Origin: an uncultured Verrucomicrobiae bacterium
GTDB lineage: Bacteria; Verrucomicrobiota; Verrucomicrobiia; Chthoniobacterales; UBA10450
Length of the DNA: 64,000 bases
NCBI GenBank assembly: GCA_963735805.1
Contig: CAVTMK010000004.1
Location: forward strand, 256,001 to 320,000
Reading direction: 5' to 3'
How positions within the stretch are numbered: position 1 is the stretch's first letter; each line of letters opens with the position of its first letter. The notes under the pieces were generated by a model that was given only the letters and a program-made list of their open reading frames with translations, was not told the origin of the DNA and made no database searches. Shown piece after piece: positions 1-9,748 of this stretch. The translations under genes were made by a program, and so were the position numbers.

Positions 1-2
1 CC

Positions 3-2432
3 TTAATGCGGTGTGGGGCGCGGCCTCGGGGTCGGACGAGACCTTGGCGTTGGAGTTGGCCTGGGAGATGCCGTCGGTGTAGGTGTAGCTGTCGGGGTAG
101 GACTGGGGGTGGGCGTTGTTGTCGGCGTTGGGCTTGGTGAAGGTGTAGGAGTGGGTGTCCCTGTCGACAGGTTCGTGGCGTAGCTTCCCTTGGCGCTAGC
201 CAATAACAGCCGGGAATTTCCGGCAAACGCCAATTCAACAGGAGCAACGACGTTTTCAAGTCCGCTGGCGAATGGCGCGAACGTGGTTCCGCCATCCTGC
301 GAGCGCAGCACAGCGTCGCCGCCGCTCAATTGCGTGACAAAGAGCGTCTGATCATCAGTTGGATGGCAGGCAACATCTCCAAGGGTCTGGTTTCCAGTAA
401 ACCCGGTCGGAGCCCAGCTAACGCCGCCATCGGTTGTACGGAATAGACCGCCTGACTGGAAACTAAGCGAGGCGGACACGATCAGACTCAGCGGGTTTGT
501 GGGTGAAGCACACAATCGAGGACTTCGGAAGAACGCGGGGAGGCCAGTGGAAGAGTCAAACCATGATGCGCCGTTGTCGGTTGAACGCAGCGCACCACCA
601 ATGTTATCGCCTGATTCGCTGTTCCAAACCGCGACCATGTTCTGGTCGGTGCCATCCTGAATAATCTCAAAGTCGGTTACCCGGTGGAAATCGCCTACCT
701 CATAAACCTTAGTCCAACTCCCGCCGGTGTCGGTACTGCGCCAGATAGTTGCTTCGAAACCGGCTACGCCGAAATCAGAGCCACCCAGCAGGATTAGGTT
801 GGAGTTGTTAAGGCTAAAACGCATGGTGTTTAGGTCGGATTCGTACAAAGGACCCTGGTCGGGACCGAGTGATGTCCAGATTCCGTTGTTCTCGCGGCGG
901 TACAAGCCTTCGGGAGCTATGCTCGATGGCCCGCTCGAAATGGCGTAGAGCGTACCATCGGGCGCAAAGCGCACATTACTGTATCGCGTCGGCGGCGCAG
1001 ATTCGAGCAGCCAGGTCGCGCCGCTGTCGGTAGAGGAAAACACTCCTCCATTGTTTTGACCCTGAAACGCGACCGCGATCTCATCCGGGTTGAGTGGATT
1101 AGCGTCAATCGAGAAGAGATCCAGTTCAGAAATTCCTTCCGAGGACTGGACAAGGGTGTCGCCACCGTTCGTAGAACGATACACTGCGAGCGAACTGGTA
1201 CCCAGAAAAAGTTCCTGTGAGTCGCCGGGTCGAAACCGAATCGAGCGTCCGGCCAATGCCTGGCTATTCCCAATACCGATCTGCCAAGTAGCTCCGCCGT
1301 CAGTGGTGCGATTGACTCCGCCGCCATCTATAGCCACAAAAATTCTCGCAGCGTCGTTGGGATCGACAGCAATATCTTCGACTACCAGGACCGGCCAGGT
1401 GTTATCATGCAACGGAGTCCAAGTAACACCCAAATCCGGCGACTCATATAGGCCGACGAATTGTGAGCCGAATAGCAACCCGCCGCCGACGAGCAGACGT
1501 GTGCCATCATAAACCACCGCGTTGAGAGGATTGCCGGGAAGACCTGCCGAACGATCTGTCCACGAATCGCCACCGTCCGTTGTTACCCATACCTCACCGC
1601 CGCCGAAAGCTCCGCCGAAAACAGCAATTACTGTGTTCGAATCGTTGGGATCAACCGCGATACCGCTACAGGATAACGGTGCATGCGGTGGCGTGCGATT
1701 CGTCCAAGTCGCACCGCCGTCGGTCGAGCGCATGACGTTGACTGGTTGCGCGCCACTGGCATCGGCGACTCCTGTCCAAAGATTCGACGGATTGGAAGGA
1801 TCGATCGCCACATCGAATACCTGGTCGTTGGCGCCAATGCCAAGGTTCAACGTTACAAAACTTAGACCGCCGTCGGTGCTCTTCCGAACGCTATCCTGGG
1901 TACCCAGGTAAGCAGTGCCGTCTGGTGCGAACTCGATGTCGAAGACACTCGTGCCGTCCAGAGCTTGAACTTCCGCCCACGTGTTACCTCCGTCACTGGA
2001 ACGATAAAGCGTACCGCCAAAACTACCGCCCGGCGCGAGACCAGCGAGCGCTACGTTGGTATCCAGGGTCGAGACAGCAGCATCGAATACATCTCCTCCC
2101 GGGGGTCCGAGTGAAACCCAGGCCGCGCTTCCAACAGGTCTTTTGGCGAGATGTTTTGCGGGCAGAGCAGCTCCGGATGTAATGTCGTTGGCGCGATTTC
2201 CTTTTTCGTCGAGATAACGCTGGGAACCGCCTCTCCGCTCAACATCGTTTGATTGTGGCTGGACATTAGCGGTAGCCGGTGCGCTCTGAAGCGAGCCGCT
2301 TGACTCAGCGGGCCCTTTCGAGTTGGCACCAAACCCAACGAGTGCAAAAAAGCAGCCGAGTAATACAAGGACGAGGCTCATTAAAAGACGAGCGTTAGAA
2401 AAAGCGCATTGAGAATTGGATGGGTGTTTCAT
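3..2432 (-). CDS. Secreted BNR/Asp-box repeat beta-propeller protein (YCF48/GH74/sialidase-like fold) with Pro/Thr linker and Arg/Pro C-terminal tail
   Basis: 809 aa; N-terminal hydrophobic signal; many SxDGGxTW Asp-boxes; ends TPTPTP...PRPTPTPRSRPTPRPRPTPH. Confidence 0.8.
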   Translation of the reverse strand: MKHPSNSQCAFSNARLLMSLVLVLLGCFFALVGFGANSKGPAESSGSLQSAPATANVQPQSNDVERRGGSQRYLDEKGNRANDITSGAALPAKHLAKRPVGSAAWVSLGPPGGDVFDAAVSTLDTNVALAGLAPGGSFGGTLYRSSDGGNTWAEVQALDGTSVFDIEFAPDGTAYLGTQDSVRKSTDGGLSFVTLNLGIGANDQVFDVAIDPSNPSNLWTGVADASGAQPVNVMRSTDGGATWTNRTPPHAPLSCSGIAVDPNDSNTVIAVFGGAFGGGEVWVTTDGGDSWTDRSAGLPGNPLNAVVYDGTRLLVGGGLLFGSQFVGLYESPDLGVTWTPLHDNTWPVLVVEDIAVDPNDAARIFVAIDGGGVNRTTDGGATWQIGIGNSQALAGRSIRFRPGDSQELFLGTSSLAVYRSTNGGDTLVQSSEGISELDLFSIDANPLNPDEIAVAFQGQNNGGVFSSTDSGATWLLESAPPTRYSNVRFAPDGTLYAISSGPSSIAPEGLYRRENNGIWTSLGPDQGPLYESDLNTMRFSLNNSNLILLGGSDFGVAGFEATIWRSTDTGGSWTKVYEVGDFHRVTDFEIIQDGTDQNMVAVWNSESGDNIGGALRSTDNGASWFDSSTGLPAFFRSPRLCASPTNPLSLIVSASLSFQSGGLFRTTDGGVSWAPTGFTGNQTLGDVACHPTDDQTLFVTQLSGGDAVLRSQDGGTTFAPFASGLENVVAPVELAFAGNSRLLLASAKGSYATNLSTGTPTPTPSPSPTPTTTPTPSPTPTATPTPTASPRPTPTPRSRPTPRPRPTPH

Positions 2433-2456
2433 CGGTTAGGGTGAGTTGTTGAAGTG

Positions 2457-3548
2457 TTAGTGTGGCGGCGTGGGGCGCGGCCTTGGGGTTGGACGGGATC
2501 TGGGCGTTGGCGCAGGTCTAGGTGTGACAGTGGGTGTTGGAGTTACGCTTGGCGTTGGTGTAACCGTCGGTGTTGGAGTCGGCGACGGCTCGCCACCATT
2601 TGTCGTCCTTAGAATAACGCCGCCATCGCCAACCGCTACGCCTCTCAATGCATCGCTGGCAAACGCGACATCGTGGAGGTTTGCAGTGCTTCCGCTTATT
2701 TGATCGACCCAGGTAGCTCCGGTATCCGTCGTGTGCGTGATTCTACCCCCCGAACCAACGGCGAAGCCGCTGGTCGGTGTTGGGAAAGTAACGCCTTCGA
2801 TCGGCTGATCGAAGAATAACGTTGACCAATTCATCCCCGCATCAGTGGTTCTTGCAATTGCGCCCGTCCCGTCAAAAACGCTTCCTGAGACGAGGCCGGT
2901 GTTTTGATCGAAGAAAAACACATCATTAGCGCCGCCCTCGTTTCCGTCGAAATAGAAGTTCTGAAAAGTCCAACTCGCTCCGCCGTCAGTCGTATTGCCA
3001 ACGAACGCTTGAAAGATCGAATTCTCTCCCGCGACGAATCCGGTTGTGCCGCTCAGCATCTGAGCGCCCGGGAATCCGCCGCCGAAGAATCCACTCTGAC
3101 TGATCTGCCAGGACGCTCCTGAGTCAGTCGAGTAAAGAATATCCTGCGAATCCCCTCCGCAAATTCCGTTTGTCCCGTTAAACGAGACTGATCTGAGACT
3201 ATCTGCTACGCCGCTGGCAACGCTTTGCCAGGCAGCGCCACCGTCAGTCGTGCGGAGAATCGTGCCGCTATCGCCGACGGCAACTCCCTGATCGGAGTCG
3301 AGAAAATAGACCCCGTGCAACGTCGTACTTGTCCCCGATGTAAGCGGCGACCAGGTCGCTCCGTCGTCGGTGCTTTTCAGAATCGTTCCCGTATCTCCCA
3401 CCACGAAACCTGTGCCGGAATCAAGGAGAATAGCGCTGTTCAAATTGCTAGTCGTCCCCGAATCAACCGGAGACCATTGCCCAAAAACTTCAAAGCTCGA
3501 AAAGAGCACGAGGAAGAATGTGAAACAGATTGCTTTGAAACTAGACAT
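2457..3548 (-). CDS. YCF48-related secreted beta-propeller protein with the same Arg/Pro tail
   Basis: 363 aa; signal peptide; repeated VGDxGTILxTTDGGxxW units typical of YCF48/HCF136; ends PRPAPTPRSRPTPRPRPTPPH. Confidence 0.82.
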   Translation of the reverse strand: MSSFKAICFTFFLVLFSSFEVFGQWSPVDSGTTSNLNSAILLDSGTGFVVGDTGTILKSTDDGATWSPLTSGTSTTLHGVYFLDSDQGVAVGDSGTILRTTDGGAAWQSVASGVADSLRSVSFNGTNGICGGDSQDILYSTDSGASWQISQSGFFGGGFPGAQMLSGTTGFVAGENSIFQAFVGNTTDGGASWTFQNFYFDGNEGGANDVFFFDQNTGLVSGSVFDGTGAIARTTDAGMNWSTLFFDQPIEGVTFPTPTSGFAVGSGGRITHTTDTGATWVDQISGSTANLHDVAFASDALRGVAVGDGGVILRTTNGGEPSPTPTPTVTPTPSVTPTPTVTPRPAPTPRSRPTPRPRPTPPH

Positions 3549-3680
3549 AGGTTCCCTCCAGATTTTTGGTTAGCTTCTCTGCTCCCTGAGGCGAGTAGCC
3601 GCGCATTATTGCTAGCGACAACGTTGCGTGACGTCAACGGTCTTCTGCCGATTCAAGTTAGTTGATCGTAAATTTTTCCC

Positions 3681-3720
3681 AAAAAACGGGAGCGAACATC
3701 GAATGGGTGTTGCCGCTCCC
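3681..3720 (-). terminator. Probable intrinsic terminator after the DUF1003 gene
   Basis: GGGAGCG-AACATC...GGTGTT-GC-CGCTCCC hairpin followed by a T run on the minus strand (aaaaaa at 3681-3686 on plus). Confidence 0.55.
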
Positions 3721-3727
3721 TGAACAA

Positions 3728-4438
3728 TCAGCTTTTTCGTTTGTGTCCGATTTCTTCCAGCAATTCGATTTGGATCTGCTGAATCTCGAACAAACGGTTA
3801 TATTGCCGGCGCAGTAGATGATCGAGTTTCTCGTGTAGGTGCCGGATCTCGAGCTCGGCTTTCAAATTGACTTTGTAATCGTTCTCTGCCCGTAAGCGAT
3901 CGCGCGCCTCGGCGCGGTTTTGGCTCATCATGATGACCGGCGCCTGGACGGCGGCGAGACAGGAAAGAATCAGATTGAGGAGGATGAATGGATAGGGATC
4001 GAAGGCATGCGTCACGAGAAGCACGCCGTTAATGACGATCCAAACGAAGAGCACGGCGCCAAAGGTGATGAGAAATTTCCAGCTGCCACCAAACTCCGCG
4101 ATGTGATCGGAGAGTCGCTCACCGAAGGTCAGCTTTTTATCGAATTGCTTGCTGAGGTCGTTGGACAGAATCTCGTGTTGTTGCAGGCTCTCGATGACTT
4201 CCTGATCAAGCGCTGAAAGCTCGCCGATTTCTTCCTCCAGGACTTCTTTCACATAATCTTTGCGGAATGCGCCCAGATCATCCAAACAAATAAAGCCTTT
4301 GCTATCCAAGCCAGGTACTCGCTTCTTGATGAATTCGAAAAGAGATGGCCGGATCAGCTCCGCCACCATTCCGCCTTGGGATGATTTTGGTTTCTTGCAG
4401 ATTTGGCAGATGTGAAGCGTGGTGGCAGCCTGGCTCAT
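3728..4438 (-). CDS. DUF1003 family membrane protein
   Basis: FGGSWxF...FDPYPFILLNLILSCLAAVQAPVIMMSQNR signature. Confidence 0.9.
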   Translation of the reverse strand: MSQAATTLHICQICKKPKSSQGGMVAELIRPSLFEFIKKRVPGLDSKGFICLDDLGAFRKDYVKEVLEEEIGELSALDQEVIESLQQHEILSNDLSKQFDKKLTFGERLSDHIAEFGGSWKFLITFGAVLFVWIVINGVLLVTHAFDPYPFILLNLILSCLAAVQAPVIMMSQNRAEARDRLRAENDYKVNLKAELEIRHLHEKLDHLLRRQYNRLFEIQQIQIELLEEIGHKRKS

Positions 4439-4523
4439 CGTAATTTCGCTGCTGAATTAAGCTGCTCTCCGGTCACTTGTCGATGCCCGCTTGAATCGGT
4501 AACCGTCGACCCTAAGATTCCGC

Positions 4524-5078
4524 ATGGAAGAAGCAGAAGTTCCTCTCGAGCATTTGCACGAAAAAGTAAGGGAGACAGCAGAACATAGCGGTGACCCTTG
4601 GATGTCGTGGGTCGCATTGAGCACAGCTATTCTTGCGGTGTTGGCCGCGATCGCGGGACTGCTCTCCGGACAACACGTTAACGAGGCGATGATGAACCAA
4701 ATTGAAGCGTCCGATCAATGGAACTATTACCAGGCTAAGGGCATCAAAGCTTCAGTGCTGGATGCAAAAATGTCACTCGCTGGCGTGCACGACCAATCGG
4801 ACCAATCAAAACGGGATCGTTACGAGAAACAGCAGGAAGAGATCAAATCGGAAGCCGAGCGCAAGGAGACCGCGGCGAAACTGAACTTTCACAAGCACGA
4901 GGTGTTCGCGCGCGGTGTGACCATGTTTCAAATCGCGATTGCCATCGCGGCAATTTCCGCGCTTACAAGGAAGCGCTCGTTTTGGTTTGTGAGTTTGGTC
5001 TTCGGTGTCATCGGCTGCATTTTCCTCGTTCTGGCACAACTGGGAAGTTCTCTCGAAAGCTTGTTCAAAAATCACTAG
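4524..5078 (+). CDS. DUF4337 family membrane protein
   Basis: VALSTAILAVLAAI...ASDQWNYYQAKGIK motif; three TM segments. Confidence 0.82.
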   Translation: MEEAEVPLEHLHEKVRETAEHSGDPWMSWVALSTAILAVLAAIAGLLSGQHVNEAMMNQIEASDQWNYYQAKGIKASVLDAKMSLAGVHDQSDQSKRDRYEKQQEEIKSEAERKETAAKLNFHKHEVFARGVTMFQIAIAIAAISALTRKRSFWFVSLVFGVIGCIFLVLAQLGSSLESLFKNH

Positions 5079-5092
5079 GCCGGATCTGAACC

Positions 5093-5914
5093 TCACGGAT
5101 GATCGATCGCGGTATGATCATCGGACATGCCTTTCTCGCCCAGCCAAGGGAAATAGCGTCGCGGGCGGGTGATGCGTTTGAGCCCGAACGGTTCGATCGC
5201 CTTGTTTTGAATATGCGCAACGGCTTCGTCCACCGAATCGGTCACGTAGATCAGGCTCAGGTCTTTGGCGGCGATCATGCCTCGCTGCGCCATCGTTTCG
5301 ATGAAATGGAGCAGTTCTTTCCAATAATCGATGCCCATAATGACAATGGGGAAGTTGTTAATCTTCGCGGTTTGAATCAGGGTGAGCGCTTCGAAAAGCT
5401 CATCGAGCGTGCCGGCGCCGCCAGGCATGACAACGAACGCATAGGAATATTTAACAAGGAGCGTCTTGCGAACGAAGAAATAATGCAGGCGGACGCAGCG
5501 ATCGAGGTATGCATTCGTCGGTTGCTCGGACGGTAGCTCGATGGTGCACCCAACTGAACGGCCACCGGCTTCCTTGGCGCCGCGATTCGCAGCTTCCATG
5601 ATGCCGGGGCCACCACCGGTGATAACAGTGAAGCCAAGTCGCGCAATAGCCGCGCCCATTTTCCTAGCCAGTTCATAGTACGGCTCCCCAGACTTAATCC
5701 GGGCTGAACCAAAAACAGTCACGCATGGACCGACGAAATGGAGAGTCCGAAAACCGCGCAGAAAATCGCGCATCACCTTCAAGAGGGTGAAGAACTCTTC
5801 GAAACGCGAGCGCGGCCCTTCAAGAAAGATTTCATCGTCCGGGTCTGAAGTAACGGGGTGCGCAGAACTGCAAACCTCTGGCGTAACGGTGATCGAGTCG
5901 TGGTCGTTTTGCAC
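5093..5914 (-). CDS. LOG family (TIGR00730) nucleotide phosphoribohydrolase
   Basis: VTVFGSAR, TGGGPGIMEAANRGA, PGGAGTLDELFE motifs. Confidence 0.92.
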   Translation of the reverse strand: MQNDHDSITVTPEVCSSAHPVTSDPDDEIFLEGPRSRFEEFFTLLKVMRDFLRGFRTLHFVGPCVTVFGSARIKSGEPYYELARKMGAAIARLGFTVITGGGPGIMEAANRGAKEAGGRSVGCTIELPSEQPTNAYLDRCVRLHYFFVRKTLLVKYSYAFVVMPGGAGTLDELFEALTLIQTAKINNFPIVIMGIDYWKELLHFIETMAQRGMIAAKDLSLIYVTDSVDEAVAHIQNKAIEPFGLKRITRPRRYFPWLGEKGMSDDHTAIDHP

Positions 5915-5950
5915 GAAAGTTTTGATTAATCGCTGCCCGCTCGCGTAAAG

Positions 5951-6265
5951 CTAAACCCGAGTATCTCCAGGTGGCATGTCTTTGCGACTCGAAACAACAT
6001 TGCTCGCCATTTGACGAACTTTTTTCAACCAGCGCCGCGCCCAAGCGTATTCAGTTGCGAGGATAGCCAGGCCCAGGGGAATAACGATGAATGCAGGTCC
6101 TGGCAAAACCAAAAGCGCAATTCCGATCACCAGAACGGTAGCTCCAACCACGGAGACGAGCACTCGTCTGGCGACCTTGATGTTCTCGGTGCTCCAAATA
6201 CGGGAGAGACGTTTCATCCACGATGTCGAGCCCATTAACGGTTCGTTGCGAATCGGAGGCGTCAT
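5951..6265 (-). CDS. PGPGW-domain small membrane protein
   Basis: GIALLVLPGPAFIVIPLGLAILATEYAWARR signature. Confidence 0.85.
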   Translation of the reverse strand: MTPPIRNEPLMGSTSWMKRLSRIWSTENIKVARRVLVSVVGATVLVIGIALLVLPGPAFIVIPLGLAILATEYAWARRWLKKVRQMASNVVSSRKDMPPGDTRV

Positions 6266-6351
6266 GGAATTGAATCGTCGCGTACACCAGATTCGACCGC
6301 GGTTTGGGAGGCAAGGCCTCCTTCAAAATGCCAAGTCAACGTTTCTACTGA

Positions 6352-6849
6352 TTAGCCTTTGATGGCCGCCTGTAAACGGTCGAGAAGAGGTATCTGGGTC
6401 TCCTTGATCTTGCGTCTGGCAACTTCGTCAGAAAAAAAGCGCGCCTGGTCAACCTCTGGAAACATCTTGCGCTTGCCGGAATGTGGCGGCCATTCCATTT
6501 CGAACAAGTTTGATTTCATCTCGAATGGTTGAGGCAAATCGCCTTGGAAAGCCCATGCGTGCACAGTTTTGCCGCCTTTTTGTTTTATCCACCCAAGCGC
6601 AATCCAATCCAGAACACCTTCGGGACGGAAACCGACCTCTTCCTCAAATTCAATCTGAGCGCGTGTAAGCAGATCTTCTCCCGGAGCCGCCTCGCCCTTT
6701 GGGATGGTCCATATCCCGTCGTCCTTATGAGCGAAGAGTGGTCCACCGGGATGCGCCAGCAGAAATTCGATCTGATTGTTCCTTCGCCGGAACATTAGAA
6801 GACCAGCGCTGATGCGGCTCCGTGGGGATTCCGATTTTTCGCGAATCAT
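6352..6849 (-). CDS. NUDIX hydrolase
   Basis: SAGLLMFR...LAHPGGP...WTIPKGE...AQIEFEEEVG Nudix box; EWPPHSG...FPEVD. Confidence 0.88.
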   Translation of the reverse strand: MIREKSESPRSRISAGLLMFRRRNNQIEFLLAHPGGPLFAHKDDGIWTIPKGEAAPGEDLLTRAQIEFEEEVGFRPEGVLDWIALGWIKQKGGKTVHAWAFQGDLPQPFEMKSNLFEMEWPPHSGKRKMFPEVDQARFFSDEVARRKIKETQIPLLDRLQAAIKG

Positions 6850-7574
6850 TTTGCACCGGGAACATGCCCGACATCTTTTGCGGCTGTCGCCCCATTTCCC
6901 TTTTTGTCGCCCCAGAGATGCAATGTATAGGTAAAGACGATGTAGCCCATTAAGCGGCTCGGATCGTCGTTACTGAAGTAGATTGCTGGATTGAACTGGA
7001 AATCGGGTGTGACGTTGCAGGTGAAACCGATCGTCGACGAATTTTCAGAACCGCTCTGCCAATCGACTTGCAGTCGCCATCTCTCATTGAAGTCGTAGGC
7101 ATAACCGAGGATTGCTTCGTTCTTGTAGCCGGCATGAATGGCTCCCACGATTACTTTGTTATGCTCGGTGTAGTAGCCCGCTTCGATATAGGGTTGTGGA
7201 TCTACGCCCAGGTGAGGCGACCAATTCACGAATCCCACTGAAAGAAGAAAAGGCTCTTTCGTTAACAATCCGATCTCCGTCCCGAAGATCCAATCATCCG
7301 GTTGGAATCCGCGAAACACCGCTACCTCAGCCCATTTCGTTAACCCCAGTTCGGCTTGCAATTCATACGGATTGGCAATGCGCTTATCTTGAATTTGCAG
7401 ACTCAACGAGAGATCGCCTTCCCCTTGCAGATCTGGCGTCACAATTTGACTTAAACCTTTTGTCGTAGCGAGTGCCGAGGGAACGCTCCAAAGAATAGCG
7501 ATCATAATGACAATGATCTTTAGGCAGCCGATGAATTCTGCGTTTGGCGTGGGTTTGCGCACAGCGTTCGACAT
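6846..7574 (-). CDS. Hypothetical exported protein, possible small outer-membrane beta-barrel
   Basis: Signal peptide ending ALA; alternating amphipathic beta-strand pattern; start may be downstream. Confidence 0.55.
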   Translation of the reverse strand: MSNAVRKPTPNAEFIGCLKIIVIMIAILWSVPSALATTKGLSQIVTPDLQGEGDLSLSLQIQDKRIANPYELQAELGLTKWAEVAVFRGFQPDDWIFGTEIGLLTKEPFLLSVGFVNWSPHLGVDPQPYIEAGYYTEHNKVIVGAIHAGYKNEAILGYAYDFNERWRLQVDWQSGSENSSTIGFTCNVTPDFQFNPAIYFSNDDPSRLMGYIVFTYTLHLWGDKKGNGATAAKDVGHVPGAK

Positions 7575-7655
7575 TTAGCCGCGAGTAAAACGGTTGTTTG
7601 CGAATTTGTCGATTCCATGTTGAACCGAGGCCGGGCGATTTTAAGATTAACAATA

Positions 7656-8159
7656 ATGCGCGTGCTCGCCGTCGACGCTTCCTTGCGTAACACCGGTGTC
7701 GCGATTGTCGATGCAAACAATGGCAAACCGCAGTCCCTCTATTTCGGGACGATCCACAATGGCAGCTCCTTGCGTTCTTCGTCGTGTCTGGTCGCGATTC
7801 GCGATCGGTTGGTCGAACTCATTCGGGAACACGAACCGGACTGTTGCGCGCTCGAATCGGTCATTTACGTGCAGAGCTATAAGACCGCGATTCTGCTCGG
7901 AGCCGCGCGCGGCGCCGCCATCCTGGCTGCCGCAGAAAATGGACTACCTGTTTTTGAGTATTCACCGAAACGAATCAAACAGTCCACCGTTGGACGCGGC
8001 GGGGCGGACAAAAATCAGGTGGCATTCATGGTGCGCGCCCTTCTCGGGTTAACGGAAACGCCGGATGCAGATTCCGCCGATGCGCTGGCGATCGGGCTGA
8101 CGCATTTGCGCTCGCAGGAGGTCGCACGTCTGGGCGTCCCCGGAGCAGCGCGGATATGA
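7656..8159 (+). CDS. ruvC: Holliday junction resolvase RuvC
   Basis: MRVLAVDASLRNTG, ALES, IKQSTVGRGGADKNQV, DSADALAIG; ATG at 7656 preferred over 7617. Confidence 0.95.
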   Translation: MRVLAVDASLRNTGVAIVDANNGKPQSLYFGTIHNGSSLRSSSCLVAIRDRLVELIREHEPDCCALESVIYVQSYKTAILLGAARGAAILAAAENGLPVFEYSPKRIKQSTVGRGGADKNQVAFMVRALLGLTETPDADSADALAIGLTHLRSQEVARLGVPGAARI

Positions 8160-8860
8160 ACGCATCGGCTGTCGATCTTCAGGTGCGTTGGCTCGGCCGA
8201 ATGAAGTTTTCCGATGCGCTCGCGTTGCAGGAAGAAATTGTGTTGAAGAAGCGTTCCGACCGTTCGGTGGAAGACCAATTGCTTTTACTCGAGCATGAGC
8301 CCGTTTACACGATTGGGCGGACACCGGACCGGTCGAGTTTGTCGCCCGCAGAACGGGCCGGCCATGACGACGTTCGAGGCGGACCTTTGCCGCATCCCCT
8401 TTTTGTGATCAATCGAGGCGGTCAGGCCACGTACCATGGGCCCGGACAGCTGGTCGGTTATCCTATTATTGATCTTCGCCGATGCGGTCAGGATTTGCAC
8501 AAATATTTGCGCTGGCTCGAACAGTTGCTCATTGATCTTCTTCTCGAGCATGACATCACCGCTTCCCGGCGCCAGTCACTTACCGGTGTTTGGGTCGGGG
8601 ACAGCAAGATTGGTTCGATTGGCGTAGGCGTGCGCCATTGGATCACCATGCACGGGTTTGCGTTGAACGTCTGCGGCGATCTTTCGCCCTTTAATCAGAT
8701 CGTTCCATGCGGCATTAATAATGTTGCAATGACATCCATGGAAAAAGAAACGGGCACAACATTCTCCGTTATCGGCATTGCCGCATCGATAGAAAAAGCT
8801 GCGCTAAATCAGGTTGGTCATTTGCGCGTCATTGAAGAGTCACAACCGATTAACACTTAA
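8156..8860 (+). CDS. lipB: Lipoyl(octanoyl) transferase LipB
   Basis: LLEHEPVYTIG, NRGGQATYHGPGQLVGYPI, KIGSIG, HGFALNV, IVPCGI; ATGA overlap with ruvC. Confidence 0.95.
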   Translation: MNASAVDLQVRWLGRMKFSDALALQEEIVLKKRSDRSVEDQLLLLEHEPVYTIGRTPDRSSLSPAERAGHDDVRGGPLPHPLFVINRGGQATYHGPGQLVGYPIIDLRRCGQDLHKYLRWLEQLLIDLLLEHDITASRRQSLTGVWVGDSKIGSIGVGVRHWITMHGFALNVCGDLSPFNQIVPCGINNVAMTSMEKETGTTFSVIGIAASIEKAALNQVGHLRVIEESQPINT

Positions 8861-8884
8861 GAAAAAGAATTTTGGCGACAGAAT

Positions 8885-9703
8885 ATGATCCCTCTCGAAG
8901 ACAACGTTGGTGATATCGTCGGAAAAGCGCAACGCGGTTTGGGCATTTCTGATTCCGAACTGGCAAAAAAGGCGGGCGTCGACTTGCAAACGATCCGCAA
9001 ACTGCGCGAAGGAGATTTTGATGAGCAAGCGCTGCTAAGTGTGGCGCCGGTCCTGGGCCTTGGCGGCGGGCAGCTTTGCGAACTCGCGAAAGGCGAATGG
9101 CGTCCAGAAAAAGTCGAAGAGCGCGACGGATTCGCGCAGTTCAACACGCCCTATCACGACATGACCGTGAACGCTTATCTCGTCTGGGATCCGGCAAAGC
9201 GCGTTGCTGCTGCCTTCGACACGGGGGGTGATTGCAGCGAAATGCTGCGATTTGCCAAGCGCCACAAACTGAACGTGCAACTAATATGCCTTACCCATGC
9301 GCATCCGGATCATGTCGCGGATCTGCCGCGCCTTCGCGAAGAAACAGGCGCGAATGTTTTTGCTCCCGGTCGCGAACCTGTCGCCGGCGCGGAGTCCATC
9401 GATGAAGGAAAGCATTTCCATCTCGGAAACCTGGAAATCAATACGCGACTCACTTGGGGTCATTCCCAAGGAGGCATGACCTATGTAGTGACGGGTCTCA
9501 CGCGCCCAATTGCGATCGTAGGCGATTCGCTTTTTGCCGGATCGATGGGTGGCGGAAATGTTTCCTACCAGGACGCGTTACAGAATAATCTCGAAAAAAT
9601 TCTCACATTACCGGATGAAACGATCATTTGCCCGGGACATGGCCCGATGACTACGGTGGGGGAAGAGAAGGCGCACAACCCGTTTTTTGCCGGGAAAGTT
9701 TGA
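8885..9703 (+). CDS. MBL-fold metallo-hydrolase with N-terminal XRE-type HTH
   Basis: THAHPDH, GHS, GD and PGHGP motifs; N-terminal GISDSELAKKAGVDLQTIRKL HTH. Confidence 0.88.
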   Translation: MIPLEDNVGDIVGKAQRGLGISDSELAKKAGVDLQTIRKLREGDFDEQALLSVAPVLGLGGGQLCELAKGEWRPEKVEERDGFAQFNTPYHDMTVNAYLVWDPAKRVAAAFDTGGDCSEMLRFAKRHKLNVQLICLTHAHPDHVADLPRLREETGANVFAPGREPVAGAESIDEGKHFHLGNLEINTRLTWGHSQGGMTYVVTGLTRPIAIVGDSLFAGSMGGGNVSYQDALQNNLEKILTLPDETIICPGHGPMTTVGEEKAHNPFFAGKV

Positions 9704-9748
9704 TAGAAAAACTTCAGTTTTTGACCAGTCGGTAAAGGACATTTCCCT

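Noticed and set aside
8340..8390. Apparent ~15-aa insertion in LipB as another repeat insertion
   Set aside because: No clear palindrome or second copy in the window; this loop is naturally variable.
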